Shown piece after piece: positions 35,359 to 48,366 of a stretch of DNA of 64,000 nucleotides. The stretch spans positions 10,230,001 through 10,294,000 of the forward strand of contig JBHGNT010000009.1 of NCBI GenBank assembly GCA_043228905.1. The letters run 5' to 3'. Every line of letters starts with the position of its first letter. Positions within the stretch are counted from its first letter, which is position 1. The notes beneath the pieces were generated by a model that saw only the letters and a program-made list of their open reading frames with translations, was not told where the DNA came from and did not search any database. The position numbers and the translations under genes were made by a program. This DNA is from Azolla caroliniana. Taxonomy: Eukaryota > Plantae > Polypodiophyta.

Positions 35359-38300
35359 ACAGGAAGAAAACTCTCGGAGCAAAACAAGTACGAATCGGCC
35401 CGGATGGGGCATCTACGTACACGGCCGTAACTGGAGGGATGAAGAAACAATACCGACAAGTGGAGGATAAGTTACGGTCGGCATCAATAATAAAAGAAGA
35501 CGAAGAAATCGTGGGAGTGATCGAGGAAGTGTTCTATGGGAATACACTACAACGGCTTGAAGAGCTTGCGGAGGATAAAAGCCAAGGGAACCGGGTAGTC
35601 CTGGTGGAATCGGTCGAGATGTACGAGATCGTTGCGAAAATGGGGCCGGATGTGCTCCGCAAAGAAGAAGCAATGGTAAGTACGAAATACAAGACCGTGG
35701 AGAAGAAGGTGAAACCGGCCGCGGGACCACTACCCGCCGATAGCGAACAAAAGAAGAAAGAAGTCTCGGGAGATCCGACACTTCGGAAGTCCGTGGATAT
35801 CGGACATGCCTTCACAGATGAGACCCGGAAGAAACTTCGGATCAGTGGAGGTGGGTTCCTCTTACAAGAAGAAGAAAAACGGTTTCGAGAGATGTTGGAG
35901 CAACATGGCAAAGCATTCGCGTTCACATCGAGGGAGATCGGATGCATTGATCCAAAGATAGTGGAGCCGATGGTGATTTTCACGATTGATCATGTACCGT
36001 GGAACCTGAAGCCGATTCCGGTGCCACGGGCGCATATTCCGAAAGTCATCGACTTGCTCAAGGAGAAGGTGGCGATGGGGATTCTAGAGCCATCAAGTGC
36101 TCCGTACTCAAATCGATGGTTTACGGTTCCGAAGAAGAATGGGTCACTCCGATTCATCCAAGACTTGCAACTGGTGAACAAGGTCACGATCCGGAACTCG
36201 GGAGTCGGTCCGATAGTGGACGAATTCGCGTAAGCTTTTGCCGGACGTGCGATATACTCCATCGGGGACCTATACTCGGGGTATGATCAATTCCAACTAG
36301 CTGTGGAGAGCCGAGACATCACTACCATGCGGACACCGATAGGACTAGTTCGAATGTGCACACTACCACAAGGAGCGACAAACTCGGTTGCACATATGAT
36401 GAACGCGATGAACAAGGTGCTTCGAGATTGCATCCCGGAGATAACGATGCCGTTTCTAGATGACATTCCGATGAAAGGATGCGCGGTGGAAGAAAAAGAT
36501 GAGACTATGGATGATCGGGGATGCCGAAAGTTCGTGGTCGACCATATTCATGATTGCGAGAAAGTGTTGCGAAAGCTAGAAGATGTGCACCTAACACTTT
36601 CCGGGGAGAAATCGGCATTCGGGCAAGAAGAAATATTGGTGGTCGGACATCTATGTGGACCCTACGGCCGAAGACCGTCACCAACAAAGATCGATGCGAT
36701 TCAAGCTATGAAGGAAGTATGTGAGTCAACATCGGAAGTCCGAAGGTTTCTGGGTGCGTGTGCATTCTATCACATATGGATTCCGCACTATGCACATATA
36801 GCGGACCCGCTCTATCACTTGTTGCGGAAAGGTAAGAAATTCGAGTGGAAACCGGAACACACTAAAGCCATGAGGAAGCTCAAGAAGACACTATGGAGGG
36901 CGGAATCACTTAGGAAGCCAAGCTACGAGCGGCCAATCATAGTAACGGTTGATACAAATCCAACCGGTATCGGGTGGGTCATCAATCAAGCCGACTCGGA
37001 TGGTTCGCGGTATCCGATCCGATTTGGAGCAAAGGTCCTCAATGAAAGGCAACGCGGATATGCACAAGTCAAAAGAGAATTGTGGGGAGTCGTGTCGGCG
37101 ATAAAATCGGATCGGGATTATTTGATCGGAGCTGAAGTGGTGATCGAGACGGATTGTCTTCCGATACTCGGGATGATGCGGTGTTGTACGATACCGGATG
37201 TGGCTATGCTAAGGTGGATTGCATATGTCAAGTCACTTAATCCGGAGGTTCGACACATCTCGGGGAAGGACAACGCGGTAGCGGACATGTTATCGAGGGC
37301 GCGGTTTGAAGACGACATAACCGAATCAGATAATGAAGAAGTTTCTGAAGACTACTTCACGTCAGAACACATATGCCGAGTGAACGTGATCCGAGAATTC
37401 CGGGAAGAAGAATACGAGGGGGAAACCTTGATGATCGGGAAGATGCTACAAGAGGTCGAGGATTCAACCAATGATAAAGAAAGGAGAGCCGAGATCCGAA
37501 GGAAGAAGAGGCAAGTCCAAAAGTTCTTCTTGGAAAACGGTTTAATATGGAGGACGCCGAAAAGACCGGATGGGATACCACTTCGAGTAGTTGGGACGAA
37601 AGAGCAACGAAACCGGATAATGTCCGAGTTCCACGAATCCGATTGGGCTGGACATCGAGGAACATGGGCAACTTTTGTGAAAATCAAGCAAAGATATTGG
37701 TGGAAGAACATGTATAAAGATGTCGCGGAGTTCACAGAAAGCTGCGAGAAATGTCAAGTCTACTCCGGGGTCCGACACCGAGATGAGCTGCATCCGACAT
37801 TCTCACCGACAATCAACTTCAAGTGGATGGTCGACATTGTAGCTATGCCGACCGGGATTGGACAAAAGAAATACTTGGTGTTAGCTCGAGAAGATCTCAC
37901 AAACCAAGTTGAAGGTTGAGCGCTTCGGAGGAAAACGTGTGCCGCGGTGTGCCAATTTCTTTTGGAAGAAGTGTTTTGTAGGTACGGCTGCGTAGGACAA
38001 GTGATTGCAGACCGGGGAGAACTCGACTCGGACAAAGCTAGGGGATTCTTCGCCAAACATGGAGTTCGGTTAACGTTGACAACGGCCTACAATCCGGAGG
38101 CCAACGGGAAGATCGAACGAGGACATAGTCCGATCGTGAAAGCACTTGCGAAGGCATGCGACGGAAGGGTGAAGGATTGGCCACAAATGCTTCCGTATGC
38201 ACTATGGGCGGATCGGACGACGCATAGCTCCGTGACCGGTTACATGCCGGCAGAACTCATGACCGGACAAGCACCGGTAATGCCAACGGAAACCGCAATC

Positions 38301-38906
38301 GCGACATGGACAATACTACCGTGGAAGGAAGAGATGAGCCGGGAAGAACTACTAGCGGTCCGGATACGACAACTGGAGGGAAGACCGAAAGATGTAGCGG
38401 AAGCGTCACGCCGACAACAAGAAGCACGGTTCCGGAACAAAAGCCGGTTCGACACAAAGCACCGACTACGACCGAGGAGGATTGAAGAAGGAGATTGGGT
38501 GATCGTCTATGATAGTAGCTTGGACCATCAACATACAACGATGCGGAAATTCGCGAAAAGGTGGTTCGGGCCGTACGAGGTTCGGCAGGTCTTCGACAAC
38601 GGGACGTACCGACTGTCCGAGTTGGATGGAACAATACTACGAGTGCCTATAGCCGGGAAGCGGGTGAAGATTTTCAAGAAGCGGACCGACGACAAACCTT
38701 ATGTGATCCAAGTCGAGGCCGACAACGAGGAGCAATCGGACGAAGACCACAATGATGCGGGAATCGAAGAAAGTGGATTACAACTCATAGTCGACATAAG
38801 GGGAGAATCGGAGGAAGCTTCGGATGAAGACGGATACGAAGAATCAAGAACTTCGGCACATACCGGAGGATGTGCGGGTTTGGAGGGGGCGAGTGTCGTA
38901 GTGTAG
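35295..38906 (+). pseudogene. pol: Pol (RT-RNase H-integrase) of Y with two in-frame stops
   Basis: Single frame with TAA at 36231 and TGA at 37917; LPQGATNS, FLDD, RNase H, H..H/C..C zinc finger, NGKIER and GPY motifs; acidic tail, no chromodomain. Confidence 0.92.
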
Positions 38907-39717
38907 GTTGCACACTATGTGGAAATTATATTTTTGTCCCTCCGGATAGAGAATGGAGTGCTCGGTGAGAACCGGAAGAAAACGGCATACCGGCAAGGAG
39001 GAAAACAGCATACCGGCAAGGAAGAAAACGGCATACCGGCAAGGAAGAGCCGGATAAAGAGACATAAATGTAAAAAAAAAAAGGAAATACTCACTACTAC
39101 GCAAGGCGTGATTCGAACTCTACACCTCCACGTAGCCAAACCTCAACTTTACCATTATGCTACCTTACCTTTAGTGTTCTATAAATAGATTTAATAACTA
39201 TAAGTCCTTTATTTGCGCCTACCTTTATTAAAAGGTAAATCATGCATTTTTAGAGTGCGTGAATATTTTATAGAAAAACGCAAGCAACTAAAAAAGTGAC
39301 TCATGCACATCTAGCGTGCATGAGCACTATATTTAGCAAATAAAAGCAAGGATTAGAAAGGCATCACATGCACATTTAGTGTGCATGAACATATGAGAAA
39401 AAGCATGTAGCTATGCTTAGTCTCTCCCATTACTATATAAGGATGGGGAGCACATTGTAGTTTTTGTTGATTATTTGGATTAAGTATTAATCAATACAAA
39501 AATTATTCGTGGGATTCACGATTTATACATCTACTTCTCTCTTAACACCCTAAGTACCAATTAATATAGTATACTCGTGTGATTCACGAGTTTCTTATCT
39601 TTCTCTTCGCTATTTATTCATAATTAATCTCTATCTCACGAACTTCTTTCTCCTAGTCCAAGACCTCTGTGGTTCCCACCCGACTCACGCAACGATCCGG
39701 AGCCGAAAGGCACGACA
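38894..39717 (+). repeat. 3' LTR of Y (3 copies of the 23-bp unit)
   Basis: Direct repeat of 32381-33226. Confidence 0.96.
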
Positions 39718-41597
39718 ACGTGCCTGAAGAGCACTTTGAGATTGCCGAAGTTCAGTCATCTGTTGAGCGGTGAAACTAAGGTATTGGGTTATTTGCGAAA
39801 AATACATCTCAATGGACATTTGTCCAGGAGGATTCCCTTGAGTTCCTTCCGCTTGAGCAGATGACATCGGGTCGTTATTTTGAGCCATTAAATGATTATT
39901 TCTGGAAAAGAAATAGGATAAGGTTAGAGAGATAGTCATAACATCATGTCGTGATGTAAACATATCATGGGCGAACATTAATCGATATCATTATCTCACG
40001 TCAATACCCCTTTAGACATATGAGATGAGGTTCAAGATCAGGTTACTATGGTAACACAAAGGTGTTTTAAAAACTATGGGGGTGACAATTTAATGTCTTT
40101 CCCTGATCTCTATATCAATTTTTTCATGGCGGCTCCCTGAGGCTCAACCATGTATGTTCGCGTCATGAATAGTTTATACACGAAAAAAATGTTAACAATA
40201 AACTATGTTTCGGTGCCCACATATGTGGTTTCGTCTCTTTAATTCCTATTACGAGGACCCTGAAGTGCACTTAGACCTTAAGTCTAAACATGTGTTATAA
40301 TCGTATGTATCAACGATGATGTATGGTCTTGGTCATATTTGAACTCGAGACCTTGAGAACAAATACATTAAACACTTGAGCCAACCAAATAGATTGCTCT
40401 TCTTTGAATGTTTAATGGTTAATGCGTATAAGAGATATGCAAGGCATTTGCCCATATATGTTTTTTTAAAAGAAACATATATGTCAAGAGTCCTTATTTC
40501 GCCCTCATTTACTACAACTATGTTGGTACATTACCTAACCTAAAGTCTCGTAATTACGATGGCATACGCCAAAGTGCAACCTAATGGTCAAGCCAAATGA
40601 GCCCTCTTTTCGTAGTAGGCCCATGTGGCCCATCACATGGTCACGTCATTACGAATGCCTCTCGTAAGAATGATCTCATGGTGGCATCGTATCCATGTAA
40701 TGAGGGAGGGATGTTGGATACGTGTGTCATAGGAGTGGCCTCACATGAAGTGGGTCAAGCCCTACGTACTCAACATCATTATGGCTATAGGCATTTCTTT
40801 ACGTAACGAAATATTGAAGTCACCAACGGGGATTTCAACAATAAAAAATTGTTGAAAAAAGGGATGGTGACAACGCTATTCTCACAAAAATGTGAGGACG
40901 GCCACCAAGATCCTTTCCCCAAAAAGGAAAACATTCGATTTAAAATCACGTAATAACTTATATATACATATGTATATTATCACATATATACGATCAACTA
41001 CGTATACACGTGACCACATATGCCTATATTAAACAAACTGTTATATTTAATGGCCAAAAATGACGTAATCGAGATACATAATTGAGATACGTAATCGAGG
41101 CATATACCTCTACGCACAAGAGACATACAAAAATAAGGGTTAATCGTAATACACAATTGAGGTATTGACCTCTTACGCATACAAGATCAAACGCATATCA
41201 TTTACAACGAATCAAGGTATTGACCTCATACGTAAACGTAAGATATGTTTGTGAACGTAATACACAATTGAGGTATTAACCTCGTGCGCTACGACACTCA
41301 TCACATATTCAATATACGTCAAATGAGGTATTGACCTCATACACATATGTAAACGTTTTATACAACCAATGAATTACCACGACAACATCATTGAATTAAT
41401 GAAAAAAAATCTACATATTAACCATACACATGATTAGATGGGAGAAGAAAAAATAGACAAAAAAAACAAGAAATATTACCGAAGTTCCTTTATTGATCCT
41501 TGTCTGCATGAAGGCCGATCGCACGTAGATTGATCGCCATCATCAAGAACGCAAAAGACAACAAAAGAAACATTAGAAAATGAGCTATGATACCAAC

Positions 41598-42052
41598 TGT
41601 TAGAGACATAGACTAATGTAAGCATTAGATAAGGATAGAATATAGATCTAGATAGAGAGGAGAGAGAAAAAGAAGGGTGCCGATCCACCCGACCACCCCC
41701 AAGCGAAGGGATCAAGACGGACTCGAGCCTCGATCGGCGTCCCATACCACCATCGTGTCGTCGAGTCGTACCTGGTGCTAGCGCGCTCGCTACAAGAGTT
41801 GACCCACCACAAGATAGAGTCTCGACGTAGTCCACAAGATGATCAAATGAGGGTAGCTAGGCCTCTTATTTATAGCGATACCCAAGGCCCCCAACCATGT
41901 TCACACTTGGCCTAATGGGTTGTCTCAATCCTGAGAATTAAAAGTAATCCTCCCCTTCTTTACACTCTTGTTTAACCCTCTCACTTATCCACATGTATAG
42001 AATACTACGGTAAATTCTCACCATGGGATATTATATGGTCATGCCCGTAACA
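41598..42052 (-). repeat. 5' LTR of chromovirus X
   Basis: Direct repeat of 24158-24612; adjacent to the PBS. Confidence 0.95.
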
Positions 42053-42333
42053 ATGTGAGTAGTGGTTGCGTAGCTATGGGGAAGGGGAATGACACATGTT
42101 AATCAAAAAAATTTAGAAGGCTCTACTAGAGGCATACGAAGTATCTCTAGATTCCTCTAAGTGAGGCAAATCTATTGAACTTTATTTCACTCAAATCGGA
42201 GCTATAGCAAGGTAGATATAAGCCTTGCAAGATTAGTGGTTGATAAAGAAGAAACCTTGGTATTTTGAAAGTTCTGAGGACAATTGGTGAATCCTTATTC
42301 CACATTCTTTGTCTTAAAGTTTATCAAGCATAT

Positions 42334-43374
42334 TGTGAAATGCACATAAGAGATGAAAACCAGCCTAATTAGCGTCTTACTTCTTACTCAATTTATAGTT
42401 CATACAAAGGTACCCATTTGGGTTTGCTTAGCTAAAAAGGGTGTGCTAAAAGGGTGGCACAAAGGCACACATGCACACAACATTCCCCCCCTGAGAGAAA
42501 CAAGGAGGTTTACAACATGGGGAAAGGACGGGGGTCAGAAGATGGGCCTAGGGTGGCATGTTGGCACTTGGTTTGGAATGGGCCTCAATGGACGATTCTG
42601 GTGGGACGCCCATACAGTGCTCGAAAAGGGTTTATTCGTGCGGCAACCTCATGCTTGAGGGTCTTGTTGAGGCGTTTGGTGAGGCCATTGGTGTGAAGAT
42701 GGTATGAGGACATAAACACCTCCTAGACACCTAGTTGAGCTGGAACGACGTTGAGGACATCCCCGTGAAACTGGAGACCCTGATCAGATAATAGTTGGAC
42801 GAGGCTAGTGATGGAAAACGAGCTAGCAATTGGCGAAGAAACATCAATCGCTCTTGTGGACTAAGGGCCACCTGGACTTGGCTGAGGTGGGGGACAGGAG
42901 GGCTATCATGTAGGAGGGGGATCAGGGGAAGATCAATTGGCAAAGAAACATCAATCGCTCCCGTGGACTGAGGGCCACTTGGACTTGGCTGAGGTGGGGG
43001 ACAAGAGGGCTATCGTGTAGGAGGGGAATCAGGGGAAGATCAATTGGCGGAGAAACATCAATCGCTCTTGTGGACTAAGGGTCACCTGGACTTGGTTGAG
43101 GTGGGGGACACGAGGGCTATCGTGTAGGAGGGGGATCAGAGAAACTCGTGGGACAAGAAGTTAGTGAGCAACCTAAGGTGAGGGGGAAGAGGTGGATGCT
43201 TGAACGTGGGGGACTGGTACCCCGCATCTCCACCAATATGTGAAGTGCACATAAGAGATCAAAACCAACCTAGTTAGCTTCTTACTTGTTACTCAATTTA
43301 TAGTTCATACAAAGGTACCCATTTTGGTTGGCTTCACTAAAAAGGGTGGCACAAAGGCACACATGCACACCACA
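42334..43374 (-). mobile_element. TRIM (miniature LTR element) with tRNA-Ala PBS
   Basis: TG..CA direct repeats at 42334-42482 and 43239-43374; TSD ATAT; PBS TGGTGGAGATGCGGGGTA at 43218-43235; PPT AGGGGGGGAA at ~42483-42492. Confidence 0.88.
42827..43140. repeat. Three tandem ~107-bp units inside the TRIM
   Basis: CAATTGGC..AGAAACATCAATCGCTC... starts at ~42827, 42934 and 43041. Confidence 0.9.
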
Positions 43375-45525
43375 ATATTTGTATCACAAAGTATTCATTT
43401 GTTCTTCAACTCTCCCTATTGAATTGTTTGTTTCGTTGACTATTACCACATTCTTATTATTTGTATATCTTATTCGGTATAGTTTCTCTTAGTCCTGTTA
43501 TATTCTTACATCTATATCCCATTCCAATTCCTAGGTCCTAATATTTTACGGTTAGTTTTACGCTTTTAGCTATCTATAGTATTTTCCTTGTTTGTAGTTG
43601 TGGTCAAAATATTTTGAAAGGCGGTGACCCCTTCTAATCTCTTCACCAACCCTTATTCACATACTAAACTAATTTTTAGCTTGATAGTAATTTTGGTTAT
43701 ATTTATAGGTCATATTAATGATTTTGCATAAAGCACTATGATAATTACGCTCATATTATATTATTTATATATAAAAAAACAAATAAAGAAATGAAACATA
43801 TGAGTAATGATGCATTTGAACATTTTCCTCGGAATACCATTTATAATAAAGCTTACCATGTAGCCTACATTCATTAAATGACAAATTGTTTTATATGAAC
43901 TCATATTAGATAAAATCAGCCAAGAAATCCACTACATGTGCACCACATGGCTTGTATGCTAGAGCCTCCCGTTACTATAAAAGGAGAAGGGAGTATGCTC
44001 TCAAGCTATAGCATGAGATATATCGAGAGATATGTTGTGGAGAGAGATAGAAAAAAAGATGAGATAATAAAGAATCTTTAATATATGAAATGGCAAAGGT
44101 TCAAGTTTTTTTTTCCCAAAATGAAGTTACTTTCCCATTAGTTAGGAAGGATTATTACAAAGAGACTGTACAAGGAGGCTTATACACAAATCGGGGAATC
44201 TCCCTCCGATCAAGTTCAAGAAAATGAGACTACTTACATAGCCTTTCGGATTGACTACTTAAGGTAAGTAGATACCTATAGCTAAAAATGGTGCCCTTCA
44301 GTGTTGACTAGTACAAGCCAACTCTTGGGGCCTACGACGAAGGGAGGGTGGTAGGTGAGTCGGAAACAACTAGCGTGGGGGCTAGTAGTTCCACCTTGGA
44401 CCACTTCCTCCTTGTGCCACCATAGGCGTGTTCCGCCATTTCTGCCAAAAGCGCAAACGGGCAGTGACCACATCATTGGAATGGCTGCAAAACTCGTCCA
44501 ATTGCCCTCGTAGGCAGCTGATAAGCACAAAGGTTCAAGTCTTACCTCACATGGTGTTGACAAGTATTTCCTTATTTAAAGATTGTAGTTTACTTTTAAG
44601 AAAAAGAAGAGTGGGTGGATGATTTGTGATCGATTACCTTGCAAGAAAAAGGGGAAAGGTTTGAAACTATCTTGACACAACGGTCACAACCACTTAGTTA
44701 ACTCTAACATGGAAATATTATAGATTTTTTACATTTTCTCATATACCATTTTTGAGTTTATTTCTTTATTTCTTATCAATTTTTCTTTACTTCGTCTTAA
44801 CTTCTTGCCTTTTCATCCAAAATCTCAGTGATTCCTTTCTCACTTTCATGTTATCTTTTGTGCGAGCAGTGATATACGTCTATGTGAGCAACAATAAGCT
44901 TTTGTGCGAGCAACACCATCACAACATGTGGGTTGATTGCAAACGAACAGAGGGTATGAATTGAATTAGAGTTTTACTACAATGTGAGGTTACTAATAAG
45001 TGTGATATCCTTTGATCACTTCACATGAAATTGTCAATTGTGAACACACTAGGGCCTAAGGCTTTTTCATGTATGAGAAAGGTCGTTACCTTCTTATCTA
45101 GGGAGGTTCAAGTTATGTTGAGAACTATGTCATGTGTCAATGACTCTTATTACTTAGCACGTGTGATCCTCGCGGAACCCAAGGGTACAACTCACATCAA
45201 CATTCAATGATGTAAGGCATCAACCCACATGTCAACATTCAATGATGTAGGTGGTCTATCTCATGTCATTGTTGAGGAATAATTAGGTGGTCTAGCACCC
45301 TTTTTTCTTTTTTTGGTTTTTAATTCTTTATGTTTTGCTTAACATTTCATATGACTCGAGCACTCCTATTTTCTTACTTTGTTCTATAACTCCTTTTGCT
45401 TAAATAATTACTTAGACTCTAACAATTAATATCAAAGTACACTAATTTTGTATCATGTTTTTACTTGCTTTTTTTGCAATTCCTAGAGACAAAAATAAGG
45501 CACAACCTCTCGATACGAAAACAAG

Positions 45526-45568
<43 letters not shown>

Positions 45569-46219
45569 ACAATGACACTAATTGAATTGTTGCATTCTTC
45601 ATCTTGTCCCTACTTTAACATCGTTTGCTACACCCTTAAGTGATATATTTGGACAATTGAGCTCAACGACATTGTTTTTTCCTCACTTCTTGACAAACTA
45701 CAATGGTTTTTCATCTTGATCACATCTTCAGCTTAGGGTTATAACACCCCAACAAGAACGACAATTGATTGTGATATTAATTCAAAAGTGTGGTTAGTAT
45801 TGTTGAGTTCACAAGGATTCCATTTTATGTGATCACTTCACACATAGTTCCCATTTTATGCCAACATCCATGGACCAATTGATATCCAAACTATATAAAG
45901 GCCTCTAGCGTCACATTAAGAGTAAGGGGAAAATAAGATACTTATTAGACATTAGAAATTCTCATAATATACATATTTGTGTGGACTAAGAAAATGTAGT
46001 TAATAGATGCATCCACTAAACAATCTAAGTTACAAAAATGTGTTGATTAGAAAATTTACTAATAAATGTGTCCATTAAACAATCTAACGTAATTCAAACT
46101 TAATGATTTAAAAGCTAAAACCATGTTTCTCCCACAAACCTTCAATAGACTAACAAGATAAGGAACTACGCAACAAAAATTCCTTGTCTAGCAAACTCAA
46201 AGAATCATTAGATTAGATT

Positions 46220-46370
46220 ATCTTGTTGTGGATCCCATAAACAAGTATACAAAACATCATGTTATGAAAAACTATAAGCAACTTCAAGAACAACTATCTT
46301 GTTGTGGATCCAATATACAAGTATACAAAACGTCGTGTTATGACAAACTATAAGCAACTTCAAGAACAAC
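46220..46370. repeat. Tandem duplication of a ~75-bp unit
   Basis: TATCTTGTTGTGGATCC...GCAACTTCAAGAACAAC occurs twice. Confidence 0.85.
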
Positions 46371-47793
46371 TAATGTAGGTATACTCTTTGATTTGTATTT
46401 CTCACATAGCCCACTCCCATGCATAGGTTTGATCACATTTTTAATTAAAAGATTGTTGGTTTGTATCAAGAATAATAGGTTTACACGAAGAAGTGTGAAA
46501 CTCAATCCCATTGTTCTCCTCTTTCCTTATGAAAGTGAAATAATTGGGCATGTTGGCAATGTGCTATTCATTATATTCAATTTAATCATATAAGATCGAT
46601 CGTTGGTCACACTTCAATCACATAAGTTCTTGGTTTATATAAAAAATAATAGCTTTGGTAAAGAAGTTCAAAACCCAATGCCACATTTCTTAACTTTCCT
46701 TTCGAAAGTGAAATAATAGGGCTTGCTAGGAATGTGGCATTCATTATCTTCCTTTCTAAAAGATTACAAATCTTTTCAATATCATATGCATACCGCACAC
46801 ATTTCAAGTAGTTCAAGACATGTGCCATTATCTTTCTTTCTCAAAGATTACAATCTTTTCCATATCATATAATGCACACATTCCAAATAAAATAAAGAAT
46901 GTTGAATAGGTCCCAACCTAACCTCTTCCCTGTTCTTCATGGAGTGGGTATTTGTAGGATCAAGGAAGAAGGTTAATGCACATACTTTGACATTGTTTAT
47001 CTAGGAAGTAGCACTCTCAAACACAATGTAAAGAAAAGGAGGCTCCACAGAATCCCATTATTGTCATCCCAAATTAGGTCCAACAAATTGGCTTAACAAG
47101 ATTTGATGTACTAGTAAGGTGGCCGACTCACTACTGGAATTGTGTAGATTAAACCAACTTCAAGTTCAATATGCCCTAAAACATTAGTAGGGTCATGGCA
47201 GTCATTTGGTTCTATGGACAAACATAAAGGTCAACAAGATTGGAAAACATAAAATGTGTTGCATGCGTGGGACGAAAGCTATTAAAATCCTATCCGACAT
47301 GTGTATATCTTAGCCCAATATGCCCTTTCCAAGGGGTGTCCCTCCCCATTGTTGGAAGATACATGGATTGATCATGCAATGCCAAAAGAACTCTTAGAGA
47401 GCTTCCCAAGGAACTTGCATATTTGGTCACTCTTGAAGTCAAGAAAGGTAGGGGGCTGCCATTAGAATGGACCAATTCCTTTTCTACAGACACAATTTAA
47501 GCAACACCATCGTTAGAACCCCCCGGATCTCTAACCTTCTTTCTCAGACATAAAAACACGAGAGACCTCGATCCATGTTTTGAGTTCATAAACAAGAACA
47601 TCCATTATTGAAAAACAAAACAAAAAGAGGCCCAGTGGGACAAAAGAAGACATCATCACACTGGGTACAGCAAAATGAGACACCATTTGCATTTGTCTGT
47701 ATGTATTAACACACCCTAACTCTTAAGTAATCCATGGCTGAAAGGGGGCTAGCTACTCCCATGGACCTGTTACTAATAGCTTGAGGAATGAGG

Positions 47794-48051
47794 CTAAGGG
47801 CATTTGCTAGTGCCTTTGGAGTTCTTGAGGGAGGCATAGCAGGGGCACACCTCCTTGTTGCCGACTGTACCAGGGGGCACACATTGGCACTGGTTGCAGC
47901 AGATCATGCAGTAGCGAATGCAGCGCTTCGCGACCCCCGCGAGGCTGCACCGAACATTGCAGCTGCCAGGGCAATCTACACCAAATTCATCATCATCAAG
48001 AGCAATGTAATCACTTGCATTTGAGACTAGAAGAAGCACATGTATAGATAG

Positions 48052-48104
<53 letters not shown>

Positions 48105-48296
48105 CACATACATACACATACAGAGATGGATGAGAATTTTACCCATGGGTAGCAGTATGCGGCTCAGGGGACCGAATCGCGGTGTCACAGCCGATGCCTG
48201 AGCTACAGGGATGGGAGACCATTCTGAAGTAGTCAGCATTATTAGGGTTAGGAGGAGGAGAGAAGCCATGGCCTTCATGGTAGGAGGAGGAGCCAT
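47794..48296 (-). CDS. GASA: GASA/Snakin gibberellin-regulated cysteine-rich secreted peptide, 128 aa; exons 48296-48143 and 48026-47794
   Basis: Hydrophobic signal peptide ([15 protein letters not shown]); phase-1 GT-AG intron 48142-48027 containing (GT)n; complete 12-Cys GASA domain ending [17 protein letters not shown]. Confidence 0.93.
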
Positions 48297-48360
48297 TGCA
48301 CAGAGAGAGAGAGAGAGAGAGAGAGCATTAGGAAATTGGTGTGTAGTGGAAGAGAAGGGC

Positions 48361-48366
48361 TTTATA
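48361..48366 (-). promoter_or_regulatory. TATA box of the GASA gene
   Basis: CTATAAAG about 65 bp upstream of the ATG, followed by a (CT)n leader. Confidence 0.6.

Larger units (their letters stand above)
32381..39717 (+). mobile_element. Near-intact Trp-primed non-chromoviral Ty3/Gypsy element Y
   Basis: LTRs 32381-33226 and 38894-39717 are almost identical (one 23-bp repeat unit, 1-nt A-run difference, few SNPs); 4-bp TSD ACGT; PBS; PPT TGGAGGGGGCGAG at 38881-38893. Confidence 0.96.
24158..42052 (-). mobile_element. Ty3/Gypsy chromovirus X with both LTRs, carrying two nested Trp-primed elements
   Basis: 455-bp LTRs at 24158-24612 and 41598-42052; perfect TSD ATGTG; decayed iMet PBS TGGTATCATAGC at 41584-41595; purine-rich tract next to 24613; gag, PR, RT and chromodomain-IN fragments in order. 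Confidence 0.95.

Noticed and set aside
36231-36233. Programmed stop-codon readthrough in pol (also 37917-37919)
   Set aside because: Stops fall inside conserved RT and IN motifs and are single-base changes; Y' has a sense codon at the 37917 position; simple nonsense mutations
47100-47530. Possible exon or pseudogene fragment downstream of GASA
   Set aside because: No recognisable motif or convincing splice structure
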